Positions 60,028 through 64,000 of a DNA stretch of 64,000 bases are shown piece by piece. The notes under the pieces are model-generated. The model had not been told where the DNA came from and made no database searches. It was given only the letters and a program-made list of their open reading frames with translations. This DNA is from Macrostomum lignano (lineage: Eukaryota): contig NIVC01000573.1 in the NCBI GenBank assembly GCA_002269645.1, forward strand, positions 124,001 to 188,000. The letters are read 5' to 3'. The first letter of the stretch is position 1; each line of letters opens with the position of its first letter. Position numbers and translations under genes: made by a program.

Positions 60028-60717
60028 TGACTGCAAGACTATAAGGAAAGAGCAATCGAGATAGCAAATAGAATTTTAGAATGGAGCCCGCTCAAACAAT
60101 TCACCTGCAGCTATAGATTTGCGAGCCTTTCAAACGATATAATATCCGGTTTAACGCCTGCTCAAGGAAGTCATGAACAATATTTCGCAGAATCAACTGC
60201 CCTAGCCAGCAGAAATCGACCTGAAGAGCTCGGATTGAGATTGAAGAGTTTGTTGGAGAAGCTATTTGAGCAGCTTCCAGGCGAGGAGAACGAACTACTT
60301 GATCTTGAGAAAATAGTGACTGGGATTGAAGATGGAGCCATTAGTCGTAGTGTTACACCTGTGACGAATCTCTACGTTCGAAAACTCGAACGCTTCATGG
60401 AGGATCATCCGTCTACCAATGGCAATCGACCTATTGTGTTCAATTTCAACGGACCGCTCTACAACTGTTTCGTGGTTAGGGACATGGCGGACGGAATCAC
60501 TGATTTACATTGCGAGTTTGCAGTCTATATAATCAGTTACTTGAAGCTTGAAAAAATAGATATACGTCGTACTTTTATTTATTTTGGTCAGCGTGTAATC
60601 GACGCAGCTGTCTATGGTCCAGACACTGCGTTTCTTACACAGTATAACAAGTCAGTTAAAATAGACACTAGCAAGATACAATCGCATATCAGTTATAGTC
60701 AACACAGCAGCGAGTGA
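60028..60717 (+). CDS. Open frame of ~230 codons, unknown product, no ATG-led start identified
   Basis: The frame of ORF 60235-60717 stays open upstream to ~60028 (LQDYKERAIEIANRILEW...). Non-repetitive, globular-looking, and more AT-rich than the host genes here. Confidence 0.35.
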
Positions 60718-61284
60718 AGTTTTTACCACAGACAGCTTCTGTCTCGCTGGCTTTGCACTGAATCAATGGGCTTTTGGCCATAGACAATCTTGGGGGCCAG
60801 TGAAACTAACTTGGCATTTGTCTCGGTTATGCCAAGGCCATGGTGACTGCAGCCTGACTGCAGCTATTGCTATTGGATGTGGCTGGGACCCATTGCTCAT
60901 AAGCTCTGCGAACTGAAATCACCGGACAGTTCTAGCTGTACCAATTTATTAAGTATGTATATCCCTAGTAGTTAAAAAAGATATTGAATTCAGGCCTGCT
61001 CATAAATGCTCCCACCGCATATGGAAATGCTAAACTGATTAGGGCACTGGCATAGCAAAAAAAAGTAATATACAAAGACTAAGGACACCAGAAAGCAGAA
61101 AATATTGAAGCAGAAGCACAGTTAATGCATTGATTTTACAATAATTTGGCAAATTGCTATAAAACTACGTATAGTAGCAACACACGATTTTTTGTTGGCT
61201 AAGAATTTAAATAAAGCCTCGATAAGGAATGCGAGAACTCGGATTTTGTGAAGGGTCGAATCAGTGAGGGTTTGAATTAGTGAA

Positions 61285-61530
61285 GGATCGGATCCGTGAA
61301 TGGGTCGGATCCGTGAATGGGTCGGATCCGTGAATGGGTTGGATCCGTGAAAGGGTCGGATCCATGAAGGGTCGGATCCATGAAGGGTCGGATCCATGAA
61401 GGGTCGGATCCATGAAGGGTCGGATCCGTGAAGGGTCGGATCCATGAAGGGTCGGATCCATGAAGGGTCGGATCCGTGAAGGGTCGGATCCATGAAGGGT
61501 CGGATCCGTGAAGGGTCGGATCCGTGAAGG
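61285..61530. repeat. 16-bp minisatellite (TCC(A/G)TGAAGGGTCGGA)n in the ALG8 3' region
   Basis: About 15 copies, each junction forming GGATCC. Confidence 0.92.
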
Positions 61531-61566
61531 TTTGAATTAGCGAATGGTCTGCTCCAGAGCAGCCGG

Positions 61567-61868
61567 TCAGCCAGTTTTCTGCTTCGCGGCACCGACAGGC
61601 AGCAGGAAGCGGGCAAGCAGTGTGCAGTAGGCCCAGGCCAGGCACACAGCGCAGTACAGAGAGGTCAGCATCAGCGGCAGGAAGGGCAGCCGCGGAGCCA
61701 GCAGCTGCGGCAGAAGCCAGTCAGTTGCCAATAGCAACGGGGCCAGGCCGATCACGCACGGAGGCAGCAGGCGGCTCGGTGCCGACAGCAAAGCTGGGAA
61801 TTCGAGGCTGACTGCGTGAGCCGTCGCCAGGGTGTAGCTGGCGAATAAGCTGTACTTGATCCAGCACT
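61567..61868 (-). CDS. ALG8: Last coding exon of ALG8 (dolichyl-P-Glc alpha-1,3-glucosyltransferase); upstream exons lie beyond the window
   Basis: CCGCAG|AG TGC TGG ATC AAG reads (E)CWIKYSLFASY...PRLPFLPLMLTSLYCAVCLAWAY, matching the ALG8 C-terminal PF(I/L)PL(L/M)LTS(V/L)YCA motif. 302 nt fits phase 1; ends in a dilysine-like KQKTG. Confidence 0.75.
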
Positions 61869-61904
61869 CTGCGGGCGGGCCAGGATATTTATGAACTTGG
61901 CTGT

Positions 61905-64000
61905 GACTCTAATCTGCCCCCCGGCTGTCTTTGACCCTAATCTGCCACCGGCTGTCTTTGACCCTAATCTGCCCCCCGGCTGTCTTTGACTCTAATCTGC
62001 CCCCGGCTGTCTTTGACCCTAATCTGCCCCCGGCTGTCTTTGACCCTAATCTGCCCCCCGCTGTCTTTGACTCTAATCTGCCCCCCGGCTGTCTTTGACT
62101 CTAATCTGCCCCCGGCTGTCTTTGACCCTAATCTGCCCCCGGCTGTCTTTGACTCTAATCTGCCCCCCGGCTGTCTTTGACTCTAAACTGCCCCCCGGCT
62201 GTCTTTGACCCTAATCTGCCCCCGGCTGTCTTTGACTCTAATCTGCCCCCCGGCTGTCTTTGACCCTAATCTGCCCCCCCGGCTGTCTTTGACTCTAATC
62301 TGCCCCCCGGCTGTCTTTGACTCTAATCTGCCCCCCGGCTGTCTTTGACTCTAATCTGCCCCCCGGCTGTCTTTGACCCTAATCTGCCCCCCGGCTGTCT
62401 TTGACTCTAATCTGCCCCCCGGCTGTCTTTGACCCTAATCTGCCCCCCGGCTGTCTTTGACTCTAATCTGCCCCCCGGCTGTCTTTGACTCTAATCTGCC
62501 CCCCGGCTGTCTTTGACTCTAATCTGCCCCCCGGCTGTCTTTGACTCTAATCTGCCCCCGGCTGTCTTTGACCCTAATCTGCCCCCGGCTGTCTTTGACT
62601 CTAATCTGCCCCCGGCTGTCTTTGACTCTAATCTGCCCCCGGCTGTCTTTGACTCTAATCTGCCCCCGGCTGTCTTTGACCCTAATCTGCCCCCGGCTGT
62701 CTTTGACTCTAATCTGCCCCCGGCTGTCTTTGACTCTAATCTGCCCCCGGCTGTCTTTGACTCTAATCTGCCCCCGGCTGTCTTTGACTCTAAATTGCCC
62801 CCGGCTGTCTTTGACCCTAATCTGCCCCCGGCTGTCTTTGACTCTAAACTGCCCCCGGCTGTCTTTGACTCTAAACTGCCCCCCGGCTGTCTTTGACTCT
62901 AATCTGCCCCCGGCTGTCTTTGACTCTAATCTGCCCCCCCGGCTGTCTTTGACTCTAATCTGCCCCCGGCTGTCTTTGACTCTAATCTGCCCCCCCGGCT
63001 GTCTTTGACCCTAATCTGCCCCCCGGCTGTCTTTGACTCTAATCTGCCCCCGGCTGTCTTTGACCCTAATCTGCCCCCCGGCTGTCTTTGACCCTAATCT
63101 GCCCCCGGCTGTCTTTGACCCTAATCTGCCCCCGGCTGTCTTTGACCCTAATCTGCCCCCGGCTGTCTTTGACTCTAATCTGCCCCCGGCTGTCTTTGAC
63201 CCTAATCTGCCCCCGGCTGTCTTTGACCCTAATCTGCCCCCGGCTGTCTTTGACCCTAATCTGCCCCCGGCTGTCTTTGACCCTAATCTGCCCCCGGCTG
63301 TCTTTGACCTAATCTGCCCCCGGCTGTCTTTGACCCTAATCTGCCCCCCGGCTGTCTTTGACCCTAATCTGCCCCCCGGCTGTCTATGACTCTAATCTGC
63401 CCGCCGGCTGTCTTTGACCCTAATCTGCCCCCGGCTGTCTTTGACCCTAATCTGCCCCCGGCTGTCTTTGACCCTAATCTGCCCCCGGCTGTCTTTGACC
63501 CTAATCTGCCCCCGGCTGTCTTTGACCCTAATCTGCCCCCGGCTGTCTTTGACCCTAATCTGCCCCCCGGCTGTCTTTGACCCTAATCTGCCCCCCAGCT
63601 GTCTTTGACCCTAATCTGCCCCCGGCTGTCTTTGACCCTAATCTGCCCCCCGGCTGTCTTTGACTCTAATCTGCCCCCGGCTGTCTTTGACCCTAATCTG
63701 CCCCCGGCTGTCTTTGACCCTAATCTGCCCCCGGCTGTCTTTGACCCTAATCTGCCCCCGGCTGTCTTTGACCCTAATCTGCCCCCGGCTGTCTTTGACC
63801 CTAATCTGCCCCCGGCTGTCTTTGACCCTAATCTGCCCCCGGCTGTCTTTGACTCTAATCTGCCCCCGGCTGTCTTTGACCCTAATCTGCCCCCGGCTGT
63901 CTTTGACCCTAATCTGCCCCCCGGCTGTCTTTGACCCTAATCTGCCCCCGGCTGTCTTTGACCCTAATCTGCCCCCCGGCTGTCTTTGACTCTAAACTGC
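61905..64000. repeat. ~27-bp minisatellite (CTAATCTGCCCCCGGCTGTCTTTGAC(C/T))n with variable C-run; runs off the right edge
   Basis: Direct reading; lies in the ALG8 intron. Confidence 0.97.

Noticed and set aside
61986-63989. Many 60-155-aa ORFs
   Set aside because: Artefacts of the ~27-bp array with variable C-runs inside the ALG8 intron.

Overview
Eukaryotic (invertebrate) genomic DNA: GC-rich spliced genes in AT-rich spacers, with roughly half the window in tandem arrays. The style resembles the flatworm Macrostomum, but that is inference only. Genes reconstructed by hand with consistent splice phases: a 4-exon inositol-trisphosphate 3-kinase (-), a 4-exon secreted signal-PAN-PAN-fibrinogen (FReD) protein (-), a GT31 beta-1,3-galactosyltransferase with two 1-nt frameshifts (-), an MDC1-like FHA/tandem-BRCT protein (-), a double-RWD/RING-H2 protein (-) and the last exon of ALG8 (-). 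A divergently oriented, disrupted PAN plus ALK/LTK-type glycine-rich gene (+) is only partly reconstructable. Mobile DNA includes an apparently intact hAT transposon (perfect 15-bp TIRs, 8-bp TSD, spliced ~1060-aa transposase with an in-frame Ala-rich minisatellite) nested in a hAT MITE. It also includes a TRIM-like mini LTR element nested in a Mutator-like element, two further MITE copies and three tRNA-derived CORE-type SINEs. The window opens with a 12.5-kb 27-bp satellite with higher-order structure. Most long ORFs in the supplied track are repeat artefacts. No CRISPR, rRNA or true tRNA genes are supported. The most unusual observations are arrays built from duplicated splice sites (10 tandem acceptors, of which only every third keeps the frame) and the head-to-head PAN-domain gene pair.
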